Assembly (NCBI GenBank): GCA_012295275.1
Contig: CM022675.1
Coordinates: forward strand, 1,798,001 to 1,862,000
Length of the DNA: 64,000 nucleotides
Source: Chrysomallon squamiferum
Lineage: Eukaryota > Animalia > Mollusca
Reading direction: 5' to 3'
In this document: in pieces, positions 24,615 to 39,664 of the stretch
How the letters are laid out: the number at the start of each line of letters is the position of its first letter
Position numbering within the stretch: position 1 is the stretch's first letter
Position numbers and translations under genes: made by a program
The notes under the pieces: model-generated
The model's database searches: none
Told to the model about the DNA's origin: nothing
What the model saw: the letters and a program-made list of their open reading frames with translations, nothing else

Positions 24615-27447
24615 TGAAAAGAGAAGAAAAAAGAAGAAGAAGAAGAAGAAGAAGTGTTTACACAGAAATGATCGAACCTACTGGGTCACAGAGAGATTTT
24701 TGATCTGGAGGACAAACTTTGACAGAACATTCTGTAGAGACTGCGTTGTTTTTGTTAAAGGTGAAAGCTTTCAACTTGAATGTGACGTTGTTTCCTGATC
24801 TTTCAGGTTCCTTTATCATCAGTTTACCGATCTCAGAGGAAGGACAGCTGAAAAAAGAAAGAATATTATGTTCCAGTCACGACAAAGCATCATTTACCTT
24901 TAATTACTTGGTTTCTGTAGAAACTAATCGTGCGATGTAAAGCAGATCGTTTATTTATAACTGTGTACGCTGATCACTTTTGTGCACGATTGACTGTTTT
25001 CTGTGGAAATATCTACTTATTTCAGTCAGAAGGCTGAGTGTATTCATTAATTATGTCTCAACAAATAAACCGTCAGCTCAAAAAATGAAACCATTGTTTT
25101 CACGAATTACAATTTGTATTGTCTAATCATCTAAGTCTACTGATTAACTGTAGACACGGTTTATAGACAAATAATTGTTTCATTTTGACGAAACATTCAT
25201 ATCCTAGAAATAATCAATCCCTCTTTAACACAAATAAATATTAAATTGCAAACCTGGTCTGCTAAGCAAATATCAGTACACAAATAGTTTTATTATCAGA
25301 AAATTACCTGTTTTCAATGATTTTCAAAGTTTCTCTGTCTTCTCCTGTTTTTTGATTATCAGCACTGCATGATTCTACTCTTAGAGTGCCTGATTCTAGC
25401 TCTGAAACGTATTACCGTATTGCCGCTTGACAAAGTTCTTATTTTAAACAAATTCATATTGTAGTCAGGATTATGTAATTGTATGAAAAATGTATGTTTT
25501 CACAGTAATTCTATTTGAATATGTGAATGCATATATTTTTTCAAAATAATGGAATATCTGATATATTAGTCTTTGCGCACGTGTGTGCATATGCATTTGT
25601 AAATGTGCATATCTGTGCAATCAGTATAACTGTATTTCAAACTTCACCTGAAAGGCTGCTTTCGAAAAAAAAAAGAGGAATATTTGTAGATCAGGGACAT
25701 TTCTCTTATTTTTTAATTTTTAAAAAAATAATGAACACTTGTTAACTGTGAATGAACACTCAAAAACTTCAGTTGCACTCAAACATTGTATGCTGTCGGA
25801 AGTCCTAAAACATCTAAAATTCATTGATTTCCTTAGCATTATAATAATAATAACAATAACAACTGCAACAACAACAACAACAATAATTACTATTATTATA
25901 ATTATTATTATTATTTTTTTTATTATTACTGTTGTTGTTGTTGTTTGTTTGTTTATTTTATAGCATTTGACTGATGACATGCAGCGATATTGGAATTTAG
26001 GATCTTTTTTATCACCAGTCGAGAAATTCGAACATGAATGATGTGTATTGCTGAGCACGGAACAAATCTGGTTCAGCTTTTCAGTAAATAGTAATAAAAT
26101 TTATAAAAAAAATAATAATATTAATAATTATAATAAGTTATAAACAGTATGCATCTGGTAAAATAAGAAGTATAATCATTTACAGTTATTTAGTGTTACC
26201 TGCACATATCACACCAGAATCGTTTCCATGGTTACATTCAAAGTTGCCCCATTGAACATTACACCGTTGCAGACTCGTTTCATTCCCCAAACAGCGAATA
26301 TAATGAAGCAAGATAGGACATGATCCTTCACCACAGGAGCCACCACGAACAGCTGTCGCATTCGAACTACGAAACATGTCTTCCATCATTTTTCTATATG
26401 TTTTGTTTGTTTGTTGTTTTTCTTTTTTATCTCTGTTAGTTCTACTCTCATAAATAGATGTTTTAATAGTTTATATTTTATTGTAATAACATTTCTGACA
26501 GGAAATAACTATCAGATGAATCTCAAAGTAAACATTTATATTTCACAAATTTGTTTAATTGTTTAATAAATATTTGTTTTGTAAGACTTCTGTATTTCTT
26601 AATCATGTTATCATTATCACCTAGTAACAACAAAACTGATGAATGATAAAAAAATAAAAAAATAAATAAAATAAAAAAATAAAAAGAGACATTTGAATAT
26701 TTCTCGCAGTAGACAGCTATTACAATAAACATTATTAGTAACTTACTAATATCCAAAAATTGTCCAGTAAACAGTTGTTATAATAATCATAATTAATAAC
26801 TTACTTAGTGAAACCCAGCATTCTGCAGTAAACAGCTGCGTTGTAATCAGTATGATATTTATCACAGACTGTGCCCCACATTCCAAGATATTTAATCTCT
26901 ACTCGACCTTCTCGTTCTGAACTGCCTCCAACCAGACATTTTAATTTCTGAATCGTCCACTGAAGAAAAAAAAAGAAAAAAAAAGAAATTATTGTCATAT
27001 CGCACAATAAAAATAAAATCTAGTACACCAGCATCTTTCAGTTAGCTTTGATGTCACTTATTTCAGTGTTTGCATTGTCTATAAGACAATGAACGCTATA
27101 CTGAAAATAGGAAATGAAAGAAACAAAAACAATAAAAATCGGTGATAAGTATATTTTGACTGATATCTAAAATACATTACCTCTACACAGCAAGCCTGTA
27201 AACTTAGTTTTAAAATGGGGGTTTTGGTCAAAGTTAAACCGACACTGGCTAATATTATTTTCCTTTCCTACACAGGTTACACCTGATGTCCAGATGTTTG
27301 TGTTGTTTGAAGTCAAATTGTGCTCCTGCGGAGTCAGTAGTATTGCTGTGTTACTTCTTTAGGTAAATAAATAAATAAATATAGAAAATCAAACAATTAA
27401 AATATATAACTGCATACCAAATAATTACATAATTGCTGTGCTTTATT

Positions 27448-27499
<52 letters not shown>

Positions 27500-29159
27500 T
27501 TATTTATTTATTTATTTTAAATTTTTTGTTATTCTCAATACATTTTTTGTGTGATATTTTCTAATATATTCTTCATAGCGAGGAACTGCTGCATGTTTTG
27601 AAGTCAAGTTGAATTGTTTCAATGTTGACTTACTCGTTATATCCAAGAGTTCTGCACATAACTTTAGTATCGGCTGGACTGATTTCTTTATCATAAAGCC
27701 TGCCCCACTCATTGTCTTTTTTTCAGTTCAACTACACCGTAGTTACTGGTTGGGCCACCAACTAGTCGTAATTCATATTCTGGTGTGTTATCTATAACAA
27801 CAAACAAAAATAAAATAAAATATCTAAAAAATCTCCATATAGTCAGAGATAGCACAGCTTTAACAAATAGTTCAAACCTTCCCCATTTAACTTTTATTAT
27901 TTGTGGAGTTCATGTTATTTCGTTTTGTTTTGCTTCCTATGACCGGTAATTAACTGTATACATTCACAACAAAACTGAAATACGTTTTGATAGAATTGTC
28001 ATAATTCTTGAACTGTGTCACATTATGAAAAATTATGAAAAATTACAAAGGAAATTAAACCAAACTCATTAAATAAAGTAAGTAATAAAACATGAAGCCT
28101 ATTGTAAACTGATAGTTTTAACATGAATACCTGAACACTTGACATCTACAGACAGACAGTCTTTCGTTTCATCGCGAAGTTTCAGAAGACACAGATGAAG
28201 AGCAGGATCCGAATTGGAGCAATCAGCGATATACTTCCACTTACTGCCAGTAACCTTTACACCATTAGTAGTAACTTTACTTCTGTTAAGTAAAATATAA
28301 TACATTTCTTAATGTTCTTTGATTACAGGTTAATATATTATTATTATTACCGTATATATACTTGTGTATAAGTCGAATTTTTTGGAGACTATATTAAGGT
28401 AATATTTTGGGGGTCGACTTATACATAGGTAATGTTTTTGTAGCTGTTGCTGAAGAGTCGCCATTTTGACTATTTTTTGCTACGGGATGCATCTTAAATA
28501 ATCGCGGTCTTTCAGCTTTTCAAAAATATAATTTTATTGTATAAAAAGTTTTGAAAAATTAAATAACAAAACCAAATATGAATGTAAAACATGATATTCT
28601 TCCGCTTAATGACATAAAAATACATTTTAAAGCGAGAAAACCGTCAGTACAGCGTTATTCCTTACGGCGTCTTGCAATGATCTAGGAATGGAGACTTTTC
28701 TGCCAAATTGCACTAAATATCGGTCCTAATTTCATAAACAAAACTCACTTGTTTAATTGTAAAGAATTTGGTGAAATAATATTGCAATCGTCATTAATTT
28801 CCACTACCGACAAATTTTGTAAATTATTGAACTGCTAAATATAACGGTAAGTTAGGTCTCCATGTTAGACCTATTACATTAAAGAGATACTATTTATGAC
28901 ACATTTAGACTATAGCTCTTGTAATACATGCATTTACGTTATTATGGTATGTTCGTGCAAGTTACAGCTCGTGCAAGTTATGTTACAGTAGGCGTACAAT
29001 GTAGGCCTTCATAGCACTGTCACACTGGTCTAAAAATAGTGACGGTGCCTGGAATCTACAGTCGACTTATACACAAGTAATACCTAAAATGACGCAATTT
29101 TTGGTCTTAAAATACACATCGACTTATACATAAGGTCGCCTTGTACACAAGTATATACG

Positions 29160-29214
<55 letters not shown>

Positions 29215-30143
29215 CATCATCATCATCATCATTGTTATTTCGTTCTGAAAAATAATTTCTTCTTTGTGTATTTGTAACAAACAATAATAATGAACGAAAT
29301 ATCACGGAACAATCATCACTAGAGTCAGGACGACAAAACATTTACTAATATGAAAATATATCCCGTCAGAGAAAGATAAAACTAGATATTAATCAAAAAC
29401 TCTAAAAATGATTTTCTATTTATTTAGAAAGGGTAATTATTCGTCTGAAAAACAGTTATCTTTCTAGCATTTTCTTATAATCACTTAATGATATGAGCAA
29501 CAGCAATAAGACAACATCATCACCAGCACCGACATCATCATCATCATCAGTAACTGTTGTTAGTGTTATTTATTTTTTCATACATTAAATATGTTAACAC
29601 TGAAGACTGGAAAGGCGTTCTAACGTTGCATAACCCATTTGTCTGCACGCAACTGCTGGCGCATATGTGTCTCCCTCTTTTGCCTGACAAACCGATTTCC
29701 ATTCTCCATCCTCCAATATCTCAAGTCTTCCTTCGTCTTTGCTCTCTCCGTCCACCAGCCGGATTTCGAACGGTTTAGGGTTTTCTGTTACAGTGGAGAA
29801 AAATACAACTTTTATTTAATTACAGCTTTGATTTATTTATTGATTTATTTATTTATTTATTATTGAAGATATAAATATTGATGTACTGTTTTGATTCTAA
29901 TTCATATTTAGTGTATGTTGTTCCGTTCATATTTCGTTTTGTTTCATTTCTTACATTTTCACTGACTTTTATTAATTTTATTTAAACGATCATATTTCAG
30001 AAATTTAGCTGATGGAAAGAGGAAGAAAGTACAAACAAAAAGTAACAACAACGATCTTTTGTGTTCCTACTGTTATTCTTCATAATCGAACTGATCTCTG
30101 TTTTGTAATAGAAAAAAAAAATAGTAAAAAATAAAAAAGAAGC

Positions 30144-30193
<50 letters not shown>

Positions 30194-31961
30194 AATAATA
30201 ATAATAATAGTGATAGTGATAATGACAATACTTTTTACCATCACATATAATTCCAATTTGATCCGGACTACTGCACAGATAGGTGCAGTCAGTAATTTTC
30301 CATGCTTGACAATCATGTACGTCCAGTTCAGATCCACTACAGTGGAATAAACCTACAAAGACTCGTCCACTTCCGACTGGGAAGAATCCTTTGCCACGCG
30401 GCATACCATAGGCACTGTTGAAAACAGTCATAGAAATGTATCTTTAAGCGTAGTCTTACCATTACTGCCTCTAAATATGTACTACGTAATAGAATCGTTA
30501 ATTATCTTTAATCAGCTTCCATGAACTTACACAAGGTATGTTATTTTGTATGTAGTGTATCATGCTTTATTTAACGATGTTATAATATACGAAATGAAAA
30601 GAATAATTTTGGAAGAAAGACATAATCATAATTTTGCACAGAAAAACCTAACATGGAACAATAAGAAAGAAAGAAAAAAAGACAAACAAAGGCAACGTTA
30701 TTCTCTTTTAATTTTATATTTGGCAAAAAATTAATTGGCAACAGAATATGCATATTTTTTGTTTTTCTTTAAGACTATTGAATATTTATATAACTGTTTA
30801 TCTCATAGGCATCTCTCTGCATAATCCCGAAAACGAATTAGAAATATTTCAATGATCCTGAAGCTCAGTGGAAATATCAAACATCACCACCAACAACAAC
30901 AACAGGAGTGTACTATAAACAGTCACTTTACAATGGTATCATTTGATTTTGTTATCACTATTATTAATAATATTTAGATGTATGGGACAGACTAGTCCAT
31001 CGCACGAATAAACTTTAAGAATTGTGCGGAGATTTTACACAATGTGACAGTTTAATTTAACACATATAATGCAAGTAAGACCAACGATCTTAATTAGATG
31101 TGTATATTTGTTGTGTACACTTGTGATAAACAGTTAAGTGGATACAGGCTGCAGTGGGAAATAAGAGAAAAATGAGGACTGATCAAGGGAAAAATCACAC
31201 CAGACACTTTAGTTTCCAAGTGTTTTATGTTTTCTTTTGAAATTGCGGTGACACTTTATAAGCGATTTTTGAAGATTGATGATAGTGATGATGGTAAGAG
31301 AAAAAAAATAATACAGAGAACAATCAGTAATGTTTGTAATTTACTTACTTCATGTAACCGAGATTCCTACAAACCGCAGTGGCTTCAAAGAGGTGAAAGC
31401 CATAAGAAAACACGCTCACCCACATGCCATTGAACAACAATTCTAATCGACCTTCTTTACTTGTATTTCCATCAATTAGACGAACTTTCGCTTTATAAAG
31501 AGAACGAAAATGATTATATTATGGTTTATAGACATACAAACACGCCAGTGTGAAAATATTGTAGTGAAATTTAAAAATGGGCAAAAATAAATAGAGAACT
31601 GAATAGAAAAAACATAGAAAACAGACTCATTGAGAATTTTAATTATTTCAGTAGAAACTTGATTCTATTTTGTTAAATTGTGGATACTTTTTATGAAGTG
31701 TTTTTGAAGTGTTTTAAAACAGTAATTTCTACACGGACAATGACAGAGTTCATCATTTTGAACTCAGACTTAATAAGTATAGTTTTTATGAAGTAAACAG
31801 GAATTACGTGGCTCAATGTCAGCAATCTTAGTTTCCACTTCTGCCGATCCCGTTACATCTGATAATAAACAGAAAACTTTTCAAGTGAGTATGTTCTTGA
31901 GTCGAAAACTCACTTCAGAAAGAAAGCAAATCAACATTAATTTATCACAGCAATTATTATA

Positions 31962-32005
<44 letters not shown>

Positions 32006-32216
32006 AAAGAAGGAATCTATGGAAACAACAACTTGTTCCTACTTGTAGAAAATTCAAATGTAAGTTCTTCATCTAAAGATACAGCTGCTGATTCTGAAAC
32101 TGAAGACCCGTCTTTGAGGTTGATGTTGAACTGGACAAGCGAGGAGTCTATTGAGTTAACTGAGTTTGTGATATTCTGTTGGTTTCTGCCACACACAAAA
32201 AAAGTGTTTGTATATA

Positions 32217-32264
<48 letters not shown>

Positions 32265-33086
32265 ACTACTACTACTACTACCAATAATAATAATAATAAA
32301 TATTTTAATAATAGGAGAAAATATTCGAAAATACGGGGTGAAATATCAATAAACAAGTTTAAAAAAAACAACAAAAAAACAACAACAAACAATTATGGTA
32401 GTAGTAATGATAAATATAATAACAACAACGACTACAACAACGAACCTTTCAATTTCTTTGGTTGTTATCACTTTGGTGACAGTCACGATTACGGCATCGT
32501 TGTTTTTTTCACTACAAGTGACAGAGACTTTTGTATCGAAGTTTGTCATGTACTTTTCACTGAAATGAACGATCACATCTCGAGTTCGATCTCCATTTAC
32601 CTTTAAAAACAAATCACTGTTTACACTTTAAGTTTAATATCACTTTCTAAACAGGCAACAACCAAATATATGTATGCATGTATGTATGTATGTACGTGTT
32701 TGTATATATATATACATAACTTTTTCGCTGATATAAGAATCCAAAAGGCACAAGCAACATTAAATTTATTTTATTTAATCATTTTGTACAAGTAACAGCA
32801 TATATAAACATAGTTCATAAAGAAAAGAGTCAAATAAAAATGATAAAAATAACAAACAGAGCTGACCTCAGTCACCCCTCCACATTCGCTGTCCTGAACA
32901 CTAAGAGCCACACCTTGATTTCCCGAGGGTAGGTCTGACGCCGCGAATTTGCAACTAGGCGAGTCTCTTTCACCTTTAGCATAGACAACACCACTGAATG
33001 TTCCAGCAGGATTAATCACAATCAACATAGAACTTTTCTCACAGGTAACTTCATCTGAAAATATTTCAATTAGTATTTGAAAGGAG

Positions 33087-33133
<47 letters not shown>

Positions 33134-33184
33134 GATGAAAATCATGACGATAACAACAACAACAACAACAACAATAATAATAAT

Positions 33185-33219
<35 letters not shown>

Positions 33220-33492
33220 CATAGATCGTAAACAAAATGTATTTGACATCAAATAATTACATCAAGTTTGAATTAAGATTAATTTATAATACGACATTAT
33301 TTATTATAGATATAAATAGTATCTAATTCTTGTTCTTTTACTTATTTATTACAATTTTTATGATCATTATTATCATTATTATTATTATTATTATTACTAA
33401 TATTATAACCATTTACTTTACTTTGTTGGGAGGCGAAAAGTAAATTTAAGAACAGTGACATTAAAGAAAATAAATCTGAATTTGATGTAAAA

Positions 33493-33570
<78 letters not shown>

Positions 33571-35020
33571 AACACACACACACACACACACAAACATACA
33601 GATAACTGGTCAAATCATTTTAATAAATTGCATTATTAAAAATAGCAGAAATATCACCTCCCCTTTATTAGAAAAAAAAAAAAAAAATGAAAAAAAAACT
33701 GTGGTAGAGATAAAGGTATTATTTTGTTAACTTATTTGAATCACTCACATCTTTTGTTTTCGCAGTGGTCACCATAGAAACCAGATGGATAGAAACACGT
33801 CTTGTTTCCATTATCATTGTAGCAGATACCCCATCAGAGCAACAAGTGTCAGTCTGATTGGTACACGGACTTGAACCACTCAAACCTGAATAAATAATTA
33901 AATAAAAATAATACTAATACTAATACTAATAATAGTAGCAGTAGTAGTAGTAGTAGTAGTATAATAATAATAAAAGATGAAAAGAAGAAAACATAAAGAG
34001 TGATTAGTGGTTGCACGTTTGTTTACTTGGTTTTGTTTTGTTCTGTTGAGTTTCTTTTTAGCTGCACTTTCATATAAAACATTTCAGAGATTAAAATTTA
34101 AGAAAGAAAAACTAAAAAAAAACTCACTTGTGTCCAGGTCACAGTTGTAGCCAGTGTAGTCATTTCCACAGTCACAGGTGCCGTCATTTTGACAAGTTTT
34201 ATTATTAGCACAATCCTGACCCTGTCGTCTGCAGTCGAAGTACTCTTCACCTGTAAAAACATTTTAACATAGGATAATTTTCATGAATGAAAACTGATAA
34301 TAAATGAGAAAGAAAAATGGTGACAGAGTAAATTTAATCACAAATATTAGTAGTAGCAGTAGCACTGATAGAAGTAGTAGTAATAAAATAAGTAAATAAG
34401 AAAAGAAATCAAATAAAATGGAAGAAAATAGACAACGTTAGTTAAAATAACTTAGAAATAACCAGTAGACATGAAAACTTGTGTTCAAGTAAACAAAACA
34501 GCTGATACTAGACACAGAAATTGTACAGTCATCAATTTTTTTTTTCATATTCGTTTATTTATTTATATTTTTGATCTTCTTCTAAAGGAAATAGCAACAA
34601 CAGCAATGCTACTACTACTACTAGTAATAATAATATGTAAGTTAATTTTATTAGAAACATTAATAATTATTTCTTTCATTTATTTTTAAATTTTATTCCA
34701 CAATATAATTATCTAGTTTTATACTTCATTTCAGTATTTAACTTAACTACCTTTAAATCGTATTTGACCTTCTAACTTGTATGTTTCTTAAAATACAGAT
34801 TTTATTTCACAGTTTTAGTGAAAGTTCTTTTTATAATTTTAACGTCATCATTTGAATGATCTATTTTTTTCCTATTATTTTGCTTCATTATGTGAATTAT
34901 CCATTTTCAAAGTCTCCTTATTCATGTAAAATCTTCGTATTAAAAAAAATACAGAAAAAGAAAGTTACCTAGACTGATGGAACAACTGAGAAGTACCAGA
35001 TAGACGAATGATATCCACAT
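23804..35020 (-). pseudogene. EGF-EGF-ZP(SRCR x4)-TM paralog copy 2, multiply disrupted
   Basis: All 19 exons are present: 34969-35020, 34128-34250, 33749-33885, 32867-33054, 32446-32600, 32043-32185, 31808-31858, 31349-31490, 30239-30414, 29625-29784, 28131-28282, 27634-27791, 27181-27356, 26805-26959, 26200-26366, 25308-25401, 24682-24847, 24167-24284, 23804-23991. Lesions: -1 at about 33830 plus Cys>Tyr in EGF2; +1 in the T run at 27717-27723; -2 at about 26938; donor GT>AT at 24166. Confidence 0.75.
28350..29160. mobile_element. Non-autonomous Tc1/mariner-superfamily (Tc2/pogo-like) DNA transposon, 811 bp
   Basis: Imperfect TIRs CCGTATAT(AT)ACTTGTGTA at both ends, TA target duplications at 28348-28349 and 29161-29162, repeated subterminal TCGACTTATACA motifs. 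The paralogous intron (about 7265-7337) is an uninterrupted (TAT)n. Confidence 0.88.
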
Positions 35021-35274
35021 ATTCAGTTTATACTGTAAAGAAGATTAAATGAATGAATGAATGAATAAAAACATAAAAAATAAATAAACAAACAAACAAA
35101 CAAACAAATAAATAAATAAACAAGCAAACAAACAAATAAATAAATAAATAATCATAATGTTATATTTTAGTCTAGGCGTAAGTCGTCCGTCAGTTTAACA
35201 TATATACACATCTCTAGTATTACTTACACAAAACGTCACTACAGACTTAGTACAGATTCTGAACAGGCGTCGCC

Positions 35275-35790
35275 TCTCTCTCTCTCTGTCTGTAAACTCG
35301 ACATTTTCCATCAGCTCGACGAAGCAGAAATCGAGCTTTGTCACTAAACGAGACAGTTCTCCGTCGTAACTGAGGCCATATTCTGTGCACTTGAAACCAC
35401 TGACGTCGTAATCGACGATGTTGTTGAGTCAAAACTACTGTTTTTACAGGCCGTCTGGCTTGAATACCCGCCTCGTGTAAAACGATTGGTCACTGTCTGA
35501 GCCGATATTCTACGCAGACCTGGTATTGCTGAAGCAGTAGAGGTTGCCGTGGTGGTTTTTTCCCGTAGATGAAGTACCCGTATGTAGCGGTCCTGGGCCC
35601 TGGTGGTTACACGTGGTCTACCTGATCTGGGACGGTCACGTGTTGTTTGGTGTTGCTGGAACAGATACCACAATCTCAAGATGGTGCTTGGGGATACATG
35701 GAACACCCGGGCTACAGCCGAGAAGGATTCGCCAGCTTGTAAACGGCCGATGGCGTTGTTTCGTTGCGGTTGACTCTGTCGTGACATTTG
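35275..35790 (-). mobile_element. Degenerate, truncated Tc1-like transposase
   Basis: ORF 35344-35787 has a paired-like HTH and RSGRPRVTT..DRYI. A frameshifted continuation reaches VSFSDKARF (first catalytic D motif) and then breaks off. TIRs were not identified. Confidence 0.88.
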
Positions 35791-36649
35791 TTTGATGTTG
35801 GGTCAGAACAAAAATAACAAACAGAAGTATTCGACAAAATTGCATTTTTGTAACCCTCGTATTCAAGTTTCATGAACCGCACGTGCACATGCACTGGTAA
35901 CGTGGTTTGCATGCAGGGACGTTTTGGCTAATAAACACGATCATAGCCTTTATTTGGTGTAATCTGCTTTTTGGCGACTGTAAGAAAAGCTGTACGTTTC
36001 AATCACCAAATGTCATCATATTCATAGTTTGTAGATCGATAAGTGTCAGTTTAAAACAGTTATCTACTATGTATGCATGTATGTATAGTAATAAAATATT
36101 AATCATAGAGATAACGACTGGCGACGTGTCGAGGATAACCTGTTTGTGTTCGTAGAATAAAAGGTACAAGAACCGAGGTATTACGCACAATGTTACGTAT
36201 AATATACGGAAATCTTACACAAAATTGCATGTATAATATACATGGGCGACAGACCTCATACAAGCTAAGTGATTTCAATAAAACTCCAGGATCACATTTA
36301 TATAATGCCCATCACATGGGGCGTGTCTCTAAACAAATAAATAAATAAATAAATTATACTGCAACTACAACTTCTTCTACTACTATTACTACTACTCTTA
36401 CTACTACTACCACTACCATTACTACTATTGCTGCTACTACTACGACTACTACAAATAATAATAATTATAACAATAATAATGATAAATATTTTTCTTCTAT
36501 TACTTCTGTTATTAATACATCTGTTACAACTACTATTTTTACTGTTATACTACTACCTCTATGAATGCTTCTCTCATTAAATAAATAAATAAAATGCTAT
36601 TAATACTACCACTACCACTACTACTATTGCTGCTACTACTACTACTACT

Positions 36650-36682
<33 letters not shown>

Positions 36683-37169
36683 CTTCTATTACTTCTGTTA
36701 TTAATACATCTATTACAACTACTATTTTTACTGTTATACCTACTACATCTATGAATGCTGCTGTCATTACTTCTACTCCTACTAGAACTACTAGAGCTAG
36801 CACTACTGGATATAGTCATACATGATTAAACAACGACTTAGGAGACGAGTTAAAAACAAAGACTCTGATACAGACATTACACGTAGAATGGAAGACATTG
36901 TGGAGGACAGTCTCAAGATAAAGTATTAGATTTCAATGTATTTCAGTTAGATTTATGATAAATTATTCTCTACTTTAAGAAACAAAACAAATAGAAAATG
37001 CCTTTTAAACAAACATTTATTATCATATTTTGACAGAACTAAATGAGCGTTAGTATTAGCATTAGTGTTAGAATCAATCCTAATAGTAGTAGTAGAAATA
37101 GTAGTAGTAATAGTAGTAGGAGCAGTAACAGAAGGTATAGAAATAATAATAATAATATTATTATTGTTA

Positions 37170-37241
<72 letters not shown>

Positions 37242-37717
37242 ATGCATTTAAATGCGTACAAACATATTCATTGCAATGTTTACGTGAACCTACCTTGTTT
37301 CTTGTGACACTCAGAAAAGAAGCTTTGTCCTCACTTACACAGTTCTCATTCTGTTTCTCCCTACATATGTGTTTGTCTCTACCTCATTGTCGTTTCGTAT
37401 AATTTGATATTTTAATTAGTTATTTTTGTATTTGCTATGTATTTACTTGTATGATATTTTGTTAGGGTTAACGCACTTTTTCTCATTCTGTTTCTCCCTA
37501 CATAAGTGTTTTTCTCTACTTTGTCGTTTCCTATAATTTGATATTTTAATGAGTTATTTTTCGATTTGCTATGCATTTACTTGTGTGATATTTTGTTAGT
37601 GTTAACGCACTTTTTTCTCTGCTTTTAGCTTCCAGTCAATATATCTCTCGGTGTAACTTATTTGTATTAATTTTGTTGTAATGATAACTATTAATGTTTC
37701 ATTTTAATACGAAATAC

Positions 37718-37790
<73 letters not shown>

Positions 37791-38094
37791 AAAGATAAAT
37801 TTGCATATGTAACGCATCGAATTTAACTTCGACATGCTGCTAATGTCCACTCAAAGAAAAAAAGAAAAGAAAACGAAACAATTAGAAAGAAGAAAAAAAA
37901 AAAAAAAAAACAACAACAACATACACACAAACACAAACACACACACAATATTTATTTTCTACAGTGTATTAACATCAACAAAACTGACAGTTACTGTTTA
38001 ATGTACAGTACATTGATTTTCCATTAACTCTTTTTTTTCGAGCATACATTTCGATGTGAATGGCTTAAAAAGCGAAATCGTATTTTATATAACT

Positions 38095-38412
38095 CCTGAC
38101 ATAGTACTGACATAGTTTTACACTTAAAATAAAACTAAATACTACATAAACATTAGAAATAGAGACATAGTTTTACACTTAAAATAAAACTAAATATTAC
38201 ATAAACATTAGAGATACTGATATAATTTTACACTCATAATGAATTAAATATTACATAAACATTAGAAATGTTGACAAATTTTTACACTTAAAATAAAACT
38301 AAAACTGTTTACACTTTTATACTTATAATAAAACTAAATCTTAGATAAACGTTATAGGTACTGACATACTTTTATACTTATAATAAAATTAAAATTGCAT
38401 AAGCATTAGAGG
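38095..38412. repeat. Degenerate about 60-bp AT-rich minisatellite
   Basis: GACATAGTTTTACACTTAAAATAAAACTAAAT..CATAAACATTAGA repeated about 5 times; shorter homolog at about 44320-44470. Confidence 0.75.
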
Positions 38413-38694
38413 TATATGCATGTATGTGCGTATGTATGTATGTTTATATTTATGTATGTTTGTATTTATACGACTGCTTAGTTGTCTGTTGATACATACG
38501 TGTTTGGTTTATGTGAGTATATTTGTGTTTTTTTTATATCGATTAAGAGTGTGAATGTGTATGTTTCTGTGTTTAAATGACCACACAAATGAGTATCAGT
38601 GCACCATAATAAATACTGTTTCGGCGACAGTAAATTGGCAGATAATTTTGCGGGTTACCTTTAAGCCCTCGGAAACACCTACACGTCTGTTAGT

Positions 38695-39065
38695 TCGTGC
38701 ATGACAAGTGAAAGAAAACAGCGAGTGTTGTTGTGAGTGCTGAGTACCAGACTAGATGAGCAGTGACGTATTACTCGTGTTTTTATGTTTGTTGATGCGT
38801 GACAAGTGAAGGAAAACAGCGAGTGTTGTTGTGAGTGCGGAGTACCAGTCTAGATGAGCAGTGACGTATTACTCGTGTTTTTATTCTTGTTCATGCATGA
38901 GAAATGAAGGAAAACAGCGAGTGTTGTTGTGAGTGCGGAGTACCAGTCTAGATGAGCAGTGACGTATTACACATGTTAGTTGATGCATGAGAAATGAAGG
39001 AAAACAGCGAGTGTTGTTGTGAGTGCGGAGTACTAGTCTACATAAGCACTGATGTGTTACATGTA
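38695..39065. repeat. Tandem array of about 90-98-bp units, 4 copies
   Basis: GAAAACAGCGAGTGTTGTTGTGAGTGC repeated four times. Confidence 0.9.
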
Positions 39066-39198
39066 TTTGTAGAGGTTTGTTATCTTAGTCAGAGTGATAC
39101 CAAATCAATTTTCTCATTTCTTAATTATTATTATTTTTTTTAAATCCATCAAATTTTCACGTGAAAGGTTTCAGCGGCATTTATCCTAAAAATAAATA

Positions 39199-39243
<45 letters not shown>

Positions 39244-39591
39244 TTGTTTTATTAAAAATTGGAATACAAAGTGATTAAAGATGATCGGTTAGTCAGACGG
39301 GCGTGAAAACAGATGCCTTTTTTTTCTTTTTCCTTCTATAAATAAATACATATATATGTGAGATGTGTGTCTTTGTGTATGCGTGTGTGTGTGTGGATAT
39401 CCAAGAGTGTGCATGGATACATTTATGTGTTGATGTATATACTTGAGTAAAGGTGTATATATGTAGGTGTGTTTGCGTATGTGTATATGTGTCTATTGAT
39501 TTATGTGAATTCGTGTATGTATATGAGTGTGTATGCTTCTACATATATATTTTTGTATGTGTGTGTGTAATACTGACTTTCTTAAATATAA

Positions 39592-39664
<73 letters not shown>

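Larger units (their letters stand above)
36065..39310. repeat. Third partial copy of the upstream block (matches about 17180-19030 and 42520-45990)
   Basis: GATAACGACTGGCGACGTGTCGA..GGGGCGT segment and downstream sequence seen at about 17220, 36110 and 42560. Confidence 0.85.
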
